64,000 bases of DNA from the human T2T-CHM13v2.0 reference genome, Homo sapiens: NCBI RefSeq assembly GCF_009914755.1, contig NC_060947.1, one strand, 5' to 3'. The position numbers and the translations under genes are program-made. Of this stretch, positions 1-12,630 are shown in pieces. Position 1 is the stretch's first letter. Each line of letters starts with the position of its first letter. The notes under the pieces are model-generated. The model did no database searches. It had not been told where the DNA came from and was given only the letters and a program-made list of their open reading frames with translations.

Positions 1-500
1 TGGGAGCAAAGTTGGCATTTTGCCTGTTGCCGAGCATACACTCAGGATTTGGGATAATTAAGCTCAGGGTGGGCTTGGGGTTCCACTGAGCTTGCCATTA
101 TGTTGGCACAGATCAAATTCTGTTTAACTTCTTATCCCCATTAAGCCCCACCTCTGACTAATGGGCAACAGAAACACTCTGGTTACCTAGAAATCACTTT
201 TGGCTCAGCATCCAGAAGGGGTTCAAATGCTGGCCACCAAAGGAAAAATATCCCAAACATCTGCTGCTTTCCTTAGTATTACATTCTCATTTATCTCTTC
301 AATGATTATTTTCCTTGTCAGGTATTTAGGTCTTACCCCCTACTCTGAGAGCTCTTCATGAGAATACCCATGTACTTTTTGAATATATTGTGTAACCCTG
401 GATCAGACTTTTACAGAAGCCCCACACATACCTACGATCGAAGCTGCATAGAGAGTTGAGGTTTCATCTGATGATTCAAATCCAATGCCACTACCTTTGA

Positions 501-797
501 CCATTATTCTAAGTGAAGTAACTCAGGAATGGAAAACTAAACATCATGTATTCTCACTTATCAGTGGGAGCTAAGCTATGAGGACGCAAAGGCATAAGAA
601 TGATACAATGGACTTTGGAGACTCAGAGGAAAGGGTGGGAAAGGGTGAGGGATAAAAGACTACACATTGGACACAGTAAACACTGCTGGGGTGATGGGTG
701 CACCAAAATCTCAGAAATCACCAGTAAAGAACTTATTCATGTAACCAAACACCACCTGTTCCCCCAAAAACCTATTGAAATTTTTAAAATCCTTAAA
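501..797 (+). mobile_element. L1PB-family LINE-1 3' end fragment
   Basis: L1PB 3'UTR text (GGATAAAAGACTACACATTGG...GTAACCAAACACCACCTGTTCCCC); degraded 21-bp TSD AAATCCAATGCCACTACCTTT (478-498) / AAATCCAATGCTTCCACCTTT (798-818). Confidence 0.9.
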
Positions 798-1609
798 AAA
801 TCCAATGCTTCCACCTTTACAAAGTTGGGTGATATGAATAGTATTTTACATTGTTGTAGCAGGAACCCAAACCACCCCTGGGATGATGTCTATCTACTCA
901 GAGTTCTCTAAAATGAACTTTTGCTGACAACCCATCTCCTGGGTGAAACGTAAAAAGAATACAATGACTGTTCCCATTGTCTTTTGGTGGCATTTATAAA
1001 GCCCCCACCTGTGGGAGCTTAGTACTAAATGTCATACAAAGCAATGTCAAAAGGCACAGACCCTATTCTCTAAGGGTTATAATTGAAAACGGACCTCTGC
1101 ATTGACCCTGTTGGCCGTGCTAGATGCTGCCTCCAAAAAGTTTCTCTCTGGTCCATGACTCTTAGTGGTAATGCCATTTACACATGGGAAGGAACCAGTC
1201 TTTCTTCTTCCACAAAGCCCTGAGCTTCTGTGATTTTAGCCCCAGCAAAAAGATCTCTAGAGGAATAGGCTGGTGGATGACACACCCTGAATCTGTTCAC
1301 CCTGACCGAGTTGCTTCTTCCCTCTGGGATTCTCTTACCTGATTTCTATACCCACTACCATCCTGCTTTCCGTGGAAAAAAAAATGCTAGCTCGCTGTGG
1401 ACATCCGTCCCTTCCTTGGTTCTGATTGACAGAGATGAGAAAGGCTTTACTTTGAATATATTTAATTGTAATAAAGAAATAAAATAAGAGAAAAACCAGA
1501 ATTGCAATTCAGAAAGACTTGACTAACTCCCAAAGAGCTAAAATTATGTGAAGACAAAAATACATGTATGATAACAACACAGCTTAGCAAGACTAGCTAA
1601 CTCCTGTAT

Positions 1610-2335
1610 AACCATTGCCTTCCATACCTTGTCTTTTGTTATCCATAACAAGCTCCTTTCAATCATACCTGAGTTTATACTAATGAGATGACTTATAGGG
1701 CAGGAGGGCTAAACAGCTTTGGGATGAGGCTAGTTGACAGAAAAGCTAACCACATGACTAGAGAGTTAGAACTCTCTGCTGCATCCCCAACCCCTGGTTG
1801 GGGAAGAGGATCTGGAGATTCAATTCAATCACCAATAGCCAATGAGTGTGTCAATAGTGCTTACATGAAACCTCAGTAAAAACTGGACAATGAGGTTTGG
1901 GGGAACTTCCTGGTCGGTGAATATATCAATGTACTGGGAGGGTGGCATGCCTCATCTTTCTGGGAACAGAGGCTTCTGTGCTCAGGGTCCTTCCAGACCT
2001 CGCTCTATATACCTCTTTACCTGGCTGTTTGTACCTTTTATAATAAACTGTTGTAACTATAGCACTTTCCTGAGTTGTGTGAGTCATCTTAGCGAATTGT
2101 CAAACCCACATGGGGAGCAAGTCATGGGAACTCCTGAATTTGTAATTGGCTGGGCAGAAGTGCAGGGAGCCTGGTGACCCCATTTGTGGCTAGCATCTGA
2201 AGTGAGAGCAGTCATGTGGGACTGAGCTCTTTACCTGTGGGGTCTGTGCTAACTCCGGATAGTTAGTGTCTCCATTGAATTAAATGGTGGGAAACCCAGT
2301 TAGTGCTGGAGAATTGATTGTTGTAAAAATGACAT
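1610..2335 (+). mobile_element. MER21-family ERVL LTR
   Basis: GTCTTTTGTTATCCATAACAAG...CCTGAGTTTATACTAATGAG and downstream text match recalled MER21; internal AATAAA near 2042. Confidence 0.75.
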
Positions 2336-2484
2336 AGTGGTTGACAGGACCATTGGGACGTTCAAAATGAAATCTTTTTCTTTTGGTGAAAGCCTAACTG
2401 TGGTTACTCATACACCAAAGGTATAGCAAGCCTTTAACAAAGATCGTCAAACTGGATGGAACACTTAGAAAACTGTAGGATATT

Positions 2485-2812
2485 GACTGGGTGCAGTGGC
2501 TCATGCCTGTAATCTTAGCACTTTGGGAGGCAGAGTTGGGTGAATCGCTTGAGCTCAGGAGTTCAAGAACAGCCTGGGCAGCATGGCAAAACCCCGGCTC
2601 AAAAAAAAAAAATTAGCTTGGCGCGGTGGCACGTGCCTGTAGTCCCACTTCAGCTACTTGGGAGCTACTGTAGTCCTCAGCCTCAGCTACTCATGAGACT
2701 GAAGTGGGAGGATCGCTTGAGTCTGGGAGGTCGAAGTTGCACTGAGCCATGACTGTGCCACTGTACTCAGGCCTGGGTGACAGAGTGAGACCCTGTCTCA
2801 AAAGAGAAAAAA
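2485..2812 (+). mobile_element. AluJ with internal duplication in right arm
   Basis: Alu dimer with AluJ diagnostics (GAGGATCGCTTGAG, GACCCTGTCTC); TSD TGTAGGATATTGA at 2474-2486 and 2822-2834. Confidence 0.95.
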
Positions 2813-3327
2813 GGGGAAGCTTGTAGGATATTGATAGAGTATCATTATGTCATTGAATTCGATGCATAATTGTACATACATAGACAGAAACATTAGTTCT
2901 TCTGATTTCACAGATGAACCAATTGTTGCAACAACGGATTAAAATTGATTAATTCCCTGGTGGGGTACATCCTGTAAATCTATCACAAAAAGGTTCTGTG
3001 GCAAAATAATATTCCGTTTTCCTTAAAATATCTTAAATATTCAGACAAATTGGTAAGCATGGCCACTTTTGAATGTGGCAGTGTTGTTATAGAAATAAAA
3101 GAAATAGTTGTGGGTGGCGGGGGAGAAAGGTACCCTTCCCTTTGGTGGGTGTTCTCTGAGGGAGAACATCTTCAGGCCCAGTGGACTGTGGTCTGCATGT
3201 AACCTGCAGCATGTAGCACATCTCAATGAGATACAAGTTTCTAACACGGGACTCTATCAGGGGCTGGTTTTGGCCCCTGTGGTCTGGGGACTCTTGACTG
3301 AGATAAGAAGGCTGCTATTATTTCTGG

Positions 3328-3716
3328 TGTATTGGTTTCCTACCACTGCTGTAACAGATCACCACAAACTTAGTGGCATGAAACAACACAAATCCATTAT
3401 CTTATAGTTTTGGAGGTCAGAAGTCTGAAAATGGGACTAAACAGGACTAAAAGCAAGGCGTCGGCAGAACTGGTTCCTTCTGGAGGCTGTAGAGGACAAT
3501 CTCTTTATTGTCTTTTCCAGCTTCCTTGGCTCATGGCCCTCTTCTAGCCAGAAAAGGCATTGCTCCAAACTCTCCATCATCACATCTCCTCTTACTCTCC
3601 TGCTCTGCTTTCCTGGTATAAGGACCCTTGTGATTATATTGGGTCACCCAGATAATAAGGATAATTTCCACATCTCAAGATCCTTAAGTAAGTCACATCT
3701 GTAATCCCATTTGCCA
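3328..3716 (-). mobile_element. MLT1 (C/D-like) MaLR LTR
   Basis: TGTATTGGTTTCCTACCACTGCTGTAACAGATCACCACAAACTTAGTGGC... typical reverse-orientation MLT1 terminus. Confidence 0.85.
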
Positions 3717-3718
3717 TC

Positions 3719-3751
3719 TGTATTAGTCAGGGGTTTCTAGGGAAACAGAAT

Positions 3752-3825
<74 letters not shown>

Positions 3826-4135
3826 AAGATTTATATATTACATATGTATATGTATTATATTGGCTCATGAAATTATGGAGATTGAGAAGTCCCATGATGT
3901 GCTATCTGCAAGTTGGAGAACCAGGAAAGCTGGTGGTGTAACTCGGCCCAAGTCCAAAGGTCTGAGAACCAGGAGCTCTAATGTCCAAGGGCAGGAGAAA
4001 ATGGACCAGAGTTCCATCATGAACTCTCATCCATCACGAACTCTCATCCATCACATAGTACCCAGTTCAAGATGAGAGTGAAAGAATTTGCCCTTTCTCC
4101 ACCTTTTTGTTCAATTTGGGCCCTCAACAGGGTAT
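3719..4135 (-). mobile_element. MLT2 ERVL LTR fragment
   Basis: TGTATTAGTCAGGGGTTTCTAGGGAAACAGAA...TTGGCTCATGAAATTATGGAGATTGAGAAGTCCCATGAT. Confidence 0.85.
3756..3822. repeat. compound (GA)n(GT)n microsatellite
   Basis: Perfect AG run followed by perfect GT run, inside MLT2. Confidence 0.98.
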
Positions 4136-4288
4136 TCCTTCCTTCTTTTCCTTCCTTTATTCCCCTCACTTCCCTCCTTCCTTTTCTCCTCCTCCTCCTT
4201 TCTCTCTTTTCCTCATCTTTTTTCTTCCCTTCTTTCCTTCCTTCTCTTGTCTTTTCTCCCTCCCTCCCTCCTTCCCTCCTTCCTTTTC
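4136..4288. repeat. CT-rich low-complexity tract
   Basis: Near-pure pyrimidine run (TTCC/CTCC units). Confidence 0.9.
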
Positions 4289-5489
4289 ATAAACATTCAG
4301 TGAGTGCCCTTAAAAGTCTTCAGTCCAGCCATCCCAAATCAGTGCAAATATTTTAGAATAGTTAACTCTTCAAGCTGGGGCAATGAAAAGTCAGGCAAAG
4401 TCAGTGTTGTCAACTTTACCCTTTTGTAACATGACCAAGTGGCAGGGGATGAGCTGGGCTAAGAATCTGACATCCTGAAAGAGTACTTATCCCTCCACCC
4501 ACAGCTCTTTGTCTTTGAACCTTTACTCACCTCTTTCTGTACTGGTTAGAATGGGATAGTAATATTATTTTTTAGGGTGGTTGTTAGGGAACAATGTAAA
4601 ATTCTTAGTAAAAGATGCTGTTGTTTTTTGCCTCAGGCAAAATCTAACCAAGACCTCCCCTTAAACATTGAGAAGACAGAGTAAAGAGTAAAAGTGACTA
4701 TAAGGGGGTAAGAGTGGCTTTATTTTGTCATTATACTTGACCCCCTGGAAGTACCAAGATGGCCTGGCATGAAGAGGTACTAGCACTGCCAGGCCCTTTC
4801 TAGCAATTACAGGCCTGGTGTTTGTGAGCTCCAACTGGCCCCACACAGATGGCTGCTTGGCATCTGCTGTGAATGTGCACACAGGCTTTTAGTGACACAC
4901 CCTGTTCGATCTGTGTTTGGAATATGATTTCTGTCGCCAGTCTGTCTGCTTGGAACTATGTGACTTTATGAAAAGCAAAATGAAAACTCCCATTGCTTGA
5001 AAAATCACCACCCAGAAATGGCTTTTTTTTTCTGACAGATTAGCTAGAAAAAGGTTTGGTATTAAAGAGAAATAATATGAATAGGACCGTTGGACCCTGT
5101 AATATCAGTGGCCGCCATTCTCAATAGCAGTGACATTTGAGGAGGCTCTGCTGTTTGATCTTTTTTCTTCCAGCTTATATTGACTTTTAAAGTCCACCCT
5201 ACATCTGAAAATGCCAATGGCAAGAAAATGTGACATTAACCTGAAGGTTATAAAATTGAAAGCAGTTCATTAAAAAAAAATGGGGGGGGGGATGCATTTC
5301 TTGTGTTTTCTTGAGATTGTCTTCTGGAAAGATGAAGTTTAGATATTGTATAGAGGTGTGCAAAGCACTTATGGATTTCAGGTGAAGGAAATAGTCAAGT
5401 TGATTAATAACCCTGCCTCATGAGTGGCAAAAAGGCAAGCTGTATATATCATCCGAGTCACCTGTTTAATTGCTTTCTAAGTGGGGGGT

Positions 5490-5630
5490 GGGGCTTGTTA
5501 AAAATGTAGATCTAGGTCTCTGTCCTTGAGGGTTACAACTCAGTGGGCCTGGGATTGGGCTTGGGAAATTGTATTTTTAAAGCTCCCTGGTGGTTCTGTA
5601 GTTTAGCTAGATTTAATACATACTAGACCA
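5490..5630 (+). mobile_element. MER5-family hAT-Charlie DNA transposon fragment
   Basis: GGGGCTTGTTAAAAATGTAGAT...CAGTGGGCCTGGGATTGGGCTTGGGAAATTGTATTTTTAA. Confidence 0.65.
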
Positions 5631-5757
5631 CACAAGGACATGTGATCCCCTGGGACAAAGCTAAATATTTTTGGCCAAATATCACTGATTGGCAGTTAAA
5701 CTGGATCAAGAAGGCAGTGAGTTTTTGGAGAAAAGTTAGTGATTCCAGAGAAAAGAA

Positions 5758-5975
5758 AGCAGCTAGCAATTCTTGAATACTTATTATGGGTCAGTTACTG
5801 TTCTAAGTGCTTTACAGAGATTAATCCTCAGCATTTATTTACTTGTTTGTTTACTTATTTCTAGCAAATAAGGAAACCGATACTTACAAAGCTTCTACAA
5901 CTTGCCAGAGTCACAGTGACAAGTGTTGGAATGATGGTTTGACCCCAAGTGTGTATAACTCCACAGTTCAAAGTC
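5758..5975 (-). mobile_element. MIR SINE
   Basis: TGTTCTAAGTGCTTTAC...AGGAAACCGA...AACTTGCCAGAGTCACAG. Confidence 0.7.
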
Positions 5976-6639
5976 CAAGGGAAAAAGAAAGAAGTTGCTC
6001 CCCTCCCAAAAGATATACAATTTTGCTTTGGAAGGAGTTAGATTTATTTACACAAAACTTCTGCAAGGGACTGACAAAAGGACATAAAATTAGTTTGAGT
6101 TGCCATTAAAATTCTTATTATGTTTGGGAGGATGAATCTTCTTATCTGTGGTCCAGACAAAGAAGCTTACTTGTAGGGAAAAATTATAATCAGATATTAA
6201 ACATCTGTGTGATTGATTTTGTTTGGTTGACACCAAAGGCCAGTGTATTTATTTATTTGGGTATAGCTTTAAATGTAATAAATTGATGTTTTAAATATAA
6301 TACTAGCTGTATAATTTTATTTTGCTTTGTTAGCTTATGCTAGCCCAATAAAATCTGACAATTGAACAAAAGACTCTCCTTGGGGTGATAGTTTCATTGT
6401 CATAAAAATGTCATATAGATTAAGGGGCCAGCTGAGCCCTTATAGTTTCTCAGAGACTAGAGAAATCATTAAGAAATGCATATATTATTTCCAAGGTAAA
6501 ATACTGGCCGAGTCCTGCCGTAATGTTTTTTTTAATGTGAATTTGCCAAACATAAAGCCATGAATTTTCCTAATTCTCAGAAATCATCTTCCAAAAGGCC
6601 TACATGTGGCTGCTTTGCCTCCTAGATTCTATCCCAGCA

Positions 6640-6785
6640 GAAAGCACCTCCCTCCATGGATGTACTTCTTCTGGGCAAGTCCTTGTCATGGTTCCAGCTC
6701 CCTCCAGGCTGCCCCAGCTCCTGGGCTCTGGCTGTACCACCTCCTTTGATCCTCCAGTCCTAAAGAAGGAATGACTTTCTACTAA
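6640..6785. mobile_element. LTR33/LTR16-like ERVL LTR fragment
   Basis: TGGTTCCAGCTCC...CCCCAGCTCCTGGGCTCTGG...ACCACCTCC resembles recalled LTR33. Confidence 0.5.
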
Positions 6786-6796
6786 AGCTCAGACCT

Positions 6797-7213
6797 TGTC
6801 GTAGTCTGTTTTGCATGGCTATAAAGGAATACCCGAGGCTGGGTAATTTATAAAGAGGTTTATTTGGCTCACAGATCTGCAGGCAGTTCTGCAAGAAGTG
6901 GCGACAGCATCAGCTTCTGGTAAGGACCTCAGGAAGCTTCCATTCATGGCAGAAGAGGAAGGGGAGCAGGCATCACATGGTGAGACAGGAGGAAAGAGTG
7001 AGGGGGGAGGTAGGTGCCAGGCTCCTTTTAGCAACCAGATCTTGGAGGAACTAATAGAGCAAGAACTCACTCATCACCATGAGGACAGCACCAAGCCATT
7101 CATGAGGGATCCGCTCCCATGACCCCCAATAACTTCCACCAGGCCCCACCTCTAACATTGAGGATCAAATTTCAACATGAGATTTGGATGGGACAAACAT
7201 CCAAACCATATCA
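6797..7213 (-). mobile_element. MSTB-like MaLR solo LTR
   Basis: TG...CA termini (TGTCGTAGTCTGTTTTGC ... CCAAACCATATCA); 5-bp TSD GACCT/GACCC. Confidence 0.92.
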
Positions 7214-7380
7214 GACCCATTCCCCAACCTTCCTTGCTCTGCTCTGACCCCTACAGACTACATTTCTCAGGCTCCCCTGCCCACTGGCTTCCAGTTAGTT
7301 TCAACCAATGGGAAACCAGGTTAGACACTGGAGGGTGGGAGAAATGCCAGGGTAATTCTCTTCTTTCTTCTGCTTCAGTT
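7214..7380. mobile_element. LTR33/LTR16-like ERVL LTR fragment
   Basis: CCCATTCCCC...CATTTCTCAGGCTCCCCTGCCCACTGGCTTCC...CCAATGGGA...GGAGGGTGGGAGAA. Confidence 0.55.
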
Positions 7381-7864
7381 TCTTGTGTTCTTTTGACTTT
7401 ACTATGGTAGAGATATCCCCAAATACCAGTTGCCTCTGCAGGATGTTCCCTGATTTGCTTTCTTGTCCTCCTCCTTCCTTTAATTTCCAAAATCTTGAAA
7501 GAGCTAATGTTTGACTGTTTTTCCTTCCTTACCAGCCACACTGCTAGATAATACTCTTATTGAATGTGTACTGAGCAGAATTCTCACCAACCTCCTTGTC
7601 ACCCAACTCTAGGATATTTCCTCAGATTTCCAAAGTGTCCCACAATGTCAACTATCTTCTCCTTCCTAAAATTTCTCCTTTCGTTTCTCCTGATTCTCCT
7701 GTATCTGTGATAATTCCTCTATGGGAGTGGCTCTTCATTTACTGCTTCAGGTTGTCTCTGGAGCACTGAACACTTCTCTAAGCATTCTGCAATGCAGAAT
7801 GCATCTCACACTCGTTTTCTTTAAAACTGAGTCTACTGGCTCATGAGGACAGCTAATTGGTCTA

Positions 7865-7940
7865 ACTTAGTCTCTGCTGAAACCCAGCACCAGATAGAGA
7901 AGGCATTCAGTAAATATTTTGTTGAATGAATTAATGAAAT
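7865..7940 (+). mobile_element. L2 3' tail
   Basis: CAGTAAATATTTTGTTGAATGAATTAATGAA. Confidence 0.6.
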
Positions 7941-8865
7941 GGTTATATATGCATAAGATTATGAGAATGTTCATGCAGTAATAAATATACAGTGCTTAGC
8001 AAAAAGACAGGTGCCCATGGAATGTACACCTTTGAGAATTTTTAAGTTAAAATCTAATGACTTGAATGTTTGTGGTTTCATTAACATTTAGAACATTAAA
8101 AATTTTAATATATTGTTAAACGTTTCCCATTTATGATGTGCTTAATTACTTGTGTAAAAAGATTTAAACTTAACAGGCTCTTTGCAAATTCTGCCTTCCT
8201 TCCAATAACTTACTTTTCGTTTCTAACATCTGCTCCCAGTGACCTAGTCTCTCATCACGGGTCTGCTAGCCTTTTCTTCACCACCTGGCTCCAACTGTCC
8301 GTCTCTTTATATGGCTTCTAGTCAAATACTTGCTTATGTCCTGGCACTCTCAGACATACACGTGTGCACCTACATTTCAGACTCATAGCCTTCTGTTCAG
8401 AAGCCATGCATATGGCAGGCAGATATCCTTTTCATCAGGATCAGGTTCAATGCCATTGTTGCATAAAGTTCACTGGATGATGCCCTGGTTTCCTGGTCAC
8501 TGATATCGGCCTCTCCATTTTAATGAAATCACGTTCAGCCAAGTTAGAATTCTCTTTAGCAGTTGGGGCCAAGGGGAATCAGAATAAAGAAAATGCTCAG
8601 GTAATTCTTCAACTCCTATACCTTAAGCAGTAGAATAAATGCCTTCACTAAATTCTTAGCTTATTAAGTGCCTGGAGTAACAATTTGCATTGTGTTTCTC
8701 AATAATAATCACAAACATCATAATAACTGATAATGTTTATTCTGGACATCCTGGGGCAAGCCCTCCCTTGACATAGCCCTGTGAGGGAGAAAAAAAGGAA
8801 AAACTGGCTGTATTCCTCCTCCTACTCTCTCTTTTCTTGGCTTTTGGCATTCCATTTTTTAAAAT

Positions 8866-9040
8866 AATTTTCAGTTTTATAGCTTTTCATTTTGGAATAG
8901 TTTAAAACTTACACGAAGTTGCAAAAATAGTGCAGAGAGTTCCTGTGTACCCTTCACTCAACTTTCCACAATTATAATATCTTACATAAAGATAGTGCAT
9001 TGACAAGACCAGGAAATTAACACTGGTACTAATAATGCAT

Positions 9041-9074
<34 letters not shown>

Positions 9075-9390
9075 TTCTATGAAATTTCATCCCGTGTAGA
9101 TTCGAGTGACCATCACAATCAGAATACACAACAGAATTGTTGGAACAGAATTGTTCCATCACCACAAGGAAACTCCTTCATGTTACCCTTTAATAGTCAC
9201 ACTCTCCTTGCAACTCTAACTCTTTGCCACTGCCGATCTGTTCTCCCTCACTATAATTTTGTATATAACAACTTCAAGGTGGTTATATAAGTGGAATCAT
9301 GTATGTGACCTTTTGTGATTAGCTTTTACACTCAGCATACCCTTGAGATCTATCCAAGTTGTGTGCATCAATAGTTTGTTACATTTTTCA
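8866..9390 (-). mobile_element. L1MC/L1MD 3' end fragment, containing (TG)n at 9043-9072
   Basis: AAGTTGCAAAAATAGTGCAGAGAGTTCCTGTGTACCCTTCACTCA...CCAGGAAATTAACACTGGTAC. Confidence 0.8.
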
Positions 9391-9664
9391 TCCTTTATTA
9401 AAAGAGACTTTCTTGAAGAGTGCCCTAACTGCAGTGTTCTGATTTCAGCCAATTGTTGCTCATTTCTTCAACATGTAATGAATGGGTAGAGTCCTGTTTA
9501 TGCAAGGTCAGCTATGGGGCAACATGGAATCTAGGAGGCTTGTCTTTGTAAAAACTTTCTGGTTTTGGTCAACCTTTCACTTTTCACCCAAAGTGTATAG
9601 TCTCCCTTCAGCACCTCACCTTTTCTTACCCTTGGTTTCCTGCTATCTCGCTATCTCTTAGCCC

Positions 9665-9990
9665 CTGAGATTAGAATCCGTGATAAGGACTTAGGTGCAG
9701 GTTTTTTGAGAGGTGACTGCAGGAAGCAGGAGTGAGAGAGGAGGGAGAAGGAGGAAACGAGGGTGGATAAACTAATAGAGAGTACATTAATTAGGGGGTT
9801 ACAGCTGTGCAAAACTGGGGCTTGGTTCCACCAGGGACTCAGAAGGAACCGTATAGAACATGTTTCAGAATTGCTGCTCTGGAGCATGGGAGGGGGAGGC
9901 ATGTACTTACTAACTCCCATCCCTTCTTAGTTAAAGGTTGTTCCAAGCACATTGACCTTTGGCACTTCTAGGCAGTGCCCGCACAGTGAC
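9665..9990 (-). mobile_element. ancient MaLR/ERVL LTR (family uncertain)
   Basis: GATAAGGACTTAGGTGCAGG...GGGGTTACAGCTGTGCAAAACTGGGGCTTGG...TAGAACATGTTTCAGAATTG. Confidence 0.55.
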
Positions 9991-10599
9991 CTCCTGGTTT
10001 TACAGAGAAAACTTGGAGCAAACCAAATGGAGAGACCTAGTGTGAGGCTGAGATGAGAGCCCAGCAGTATGCTTGGGAGCTGGCCACCACCAAGTCACAA
10101 AAGTCAGATCAGGGCTGAGGAAATGTATCCAATGTCCTTGGATGGCAAGAGCTCTCACTATCTGACAAGTCAACTCCTTTGCTTTGTGTGAAGGTAACTG
10201 GTCCTGATTTCCACATTCTTGGACAGCCAGCCCAGGATCTCTCAAGAGGTTCTCTTTTTGCTTACACAGTTAACTGACTCTCCTGCTTTCTAGAGTTGTT
10301 CATGCAACTTACATTGTCAGGTGAACGTGATAACCACTACACTACGGAAACCATGCAACTTACTTTGAAGGCTTATACTTATTTGAATGAATTTTATCTA
10401 TGTAATTAAATTAATCCAGATCTGTTTTTAACCCTGAGTAACTTCAAATAATTTAAATAATTATATATTTTTAAAACAAGTTCAGTCCTTAGAATTCTGA
10501 ATCACTCCTTTCTCACTCGAGAACTCCAAGTTCTACTCCTTAGACTCTAGCTCATTCTTCTGCATTCTAAGAGGGATCCCTGTACTGATCCCAATGTCT

Positions 10600-10807
10600 T
10601 ACCCAAGTTCCCAAACTCTTATTTTACTACAAGATTCTTTCAGCTTTTTGCATATGCTACCTTGTGTTACTTCTTATGGTTTATGTGTTTATCTGCCTCC
10701 TCCATTAACCTCCGTGATGTCAGCCTTGGAGTTTTAATCTCTTTGTATCCTGGTCTACTAGCACAGAACTCGACATATAGTTAGGGTCAATAAATGTTTG
10801 CAGCTGA
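10600..10807 (+). mobile_element. L2 3' end
   Basis: CTTTGTATCC...CTAGCACAG...GTCAATAAATGTTTG. Confidence 0.65.
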
Positions 10808-11357
10808 TGTTGGAGATGGTGGCAGCAGTTCAACTGTACAGGAGGTTTCCCGCTTAGCCCTTCAGGGATATAAGAGTGGGTCCTAATTTCGTTCTGGTGG
10901 AGCAGTTTTAGGCGGGGCTGCTGCCTGGCAATGTGAGATGTAGGAGATTACAATCAGTCATGCCCATGTGTCCAGCCTGGCTTGCCTCTGGTGGCTGGGA
11001 AGCTGGGTCATGTGGCTTTGGGGACAAATGTCGTGTCAGTGAAAGGGAGGCAGAATGATATATAGAAAAGAGCAGGGGTATGGAAGCCAATTTTGATCTT
11101 AGATAAGTGACTTTATGGAAGTTGCATTAGCAGTCTTACACTGGGAAAACCTAACTAGCTCACGGGGTTGGTGTGAGGCAGGAATGACTAAGGAGAGAAA
11201 GGCATGTCCTGTTGTAGCCAGGGGTCCTTGCTTCTCGTAGGCTTCGTTTGTGGCCCTGTTGATAGGCATCTTCTAGACATCCACCTGGCCATCTGGCTAT
11301 TATGCTTTCCATGTTTGTTTCTTTTTATAAAAATGTTATTAAAAATGGACTAGCCCA

Positions 11358-11972
11358 CTGTTTCAGTAATCTCTTGCTGTGTAACACACTAGCCCAAACC
11401 TTAGAACCTTGAAACAGTAACAATTTATTATTTCTCACCATTTCATGGGTCAGGAATTTGGGCAGGGCTCAGATGGATGGCCCTTCTGTTCCATGTGTAT
11501 CAGCTAGGGTCATTTATTTGGTTGTATCACCTGGCGGTGGCCTGGGCCAGAACATCCAAGAAAGGTTTGCTTATATTTTGGGGGCCACAGTCTTCCTCCA
11601 CTAGGTCAGTTAGTCTCTCTCTCTCTCTCCATCTGTCTCTCTTTCTCCTTTAATTTCTTTGTCTCCATATAGGTAGTTTGGTTTTCCTTGAAACATGGTG
11701 TAAGGGGTTTGGCTCTTTCTAATCTGGGCAGTGAGACTTCTAACATGGTGGCTTATTTTCAGGAGAAAGGTGGAAATGAAAACTGTCGGTATTAAGTCCT
11801 GGGCTCAGAAGTCCCACAACGTGTCTTCCACCACATGCCAAAACAAAGCACAAGTCCAGCCCAGATTCGAGGGAAGGGGAAATAGACTCATCTCTCACTG
11901 GGAGGTGTGGCAGGCACATCTGGGGTGGGAAGAACCATTGGGAGCCCTCTCTGGAGACTAGTTAGCCCATGC
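11358..11972 (-). mobile_element. MLT1 (G/H-like) MaLR LTR
   Basis: TGTTTCAGTAATCTCTTGCTGTGTAACA...GGTCAGGAATTTGGGCAGGGCTCAG...CCAGCCCAGATTCGAGGGAAGGGGAAATAGACTC. Confidence 0.8.
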
Positions 11973-12429
11973 ATCTAATTAGTCCAGTTAGCAGGGGTGG
12001 GCTTGACTCAACAGAGGGTGACACCAGACTGTCCAGGGAACTGCAGTGTGGCCTGGCTTCACAGAGCTACCTGCCATTTTCTGGAGAATTTTGAGTCAAA
12101 AACAGAGAGAGAGAGAGAAAGGGAGAAAGAGATAGAACAAAGCTGAAAAAGAGAGGATTTGTGAGGGAGAGTAGGAGCCAAGAGAAGCCACAAGCAAGAT
12201 GGAGGCATGGGGCCACAGACATGCAGGGAAAGGGGGAGATTCTGGGAGAGATAGATCATGATGCATGTGAGAGAGGCAGAGAGAGAGTTCTAGTCCCTAA
12301 AACTGACTGGAGGCTTTCAGATTCCAGGGTTAATTCCAATCAGCCCATGTGTATTATACCCCTTTTTACTTGAGATAACCAAGTATATTTCTTTTCTTTA
12401 TTTCAGACAAAGTGATTCAACAAATGAAT

Positions 12430-12630
12430 TTCGCAGTACCACATCTGCCACCTCCTGATTTGTGGTAGGTTACTTCTGTGGTTCAATTTTCCTATCTGCA
12501 AATGAGAATAATTTTACCTATGTCATATGGTTGTTTTGAGTATTAAATGACTTCTATTACGAGGATTAATATATGTGCAAGCCCCTGGAACAATGCCTGG
12601 CATGTGGTAAACACTATATTAGTAATTTGT
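12430..12630 (+). mobile_element. MIR SINE
   Basis: TTTTCCTATCTGCAAATGAGAATAAT...GAACAATGCCTGGCATGTGGTAAACACT. Confidence 0.75.

Noticed and set aside
1423-1432. Exact PREP/PBX decamer TGATTGACAG
   Set aside because: A single isolated 10-mer is plausible by chance in 64 kb.
4014-4054. 17-bp tandem duplication in MLT2 (similar small ones near 9131, 20306 and 21123)
   Set aside because: Ordinary slippage duplications inside neutral repeats.
5272-5291. A9-T-G10 homopolymer junction as a structural element
   Set aside because: A single G run with no supporting context.
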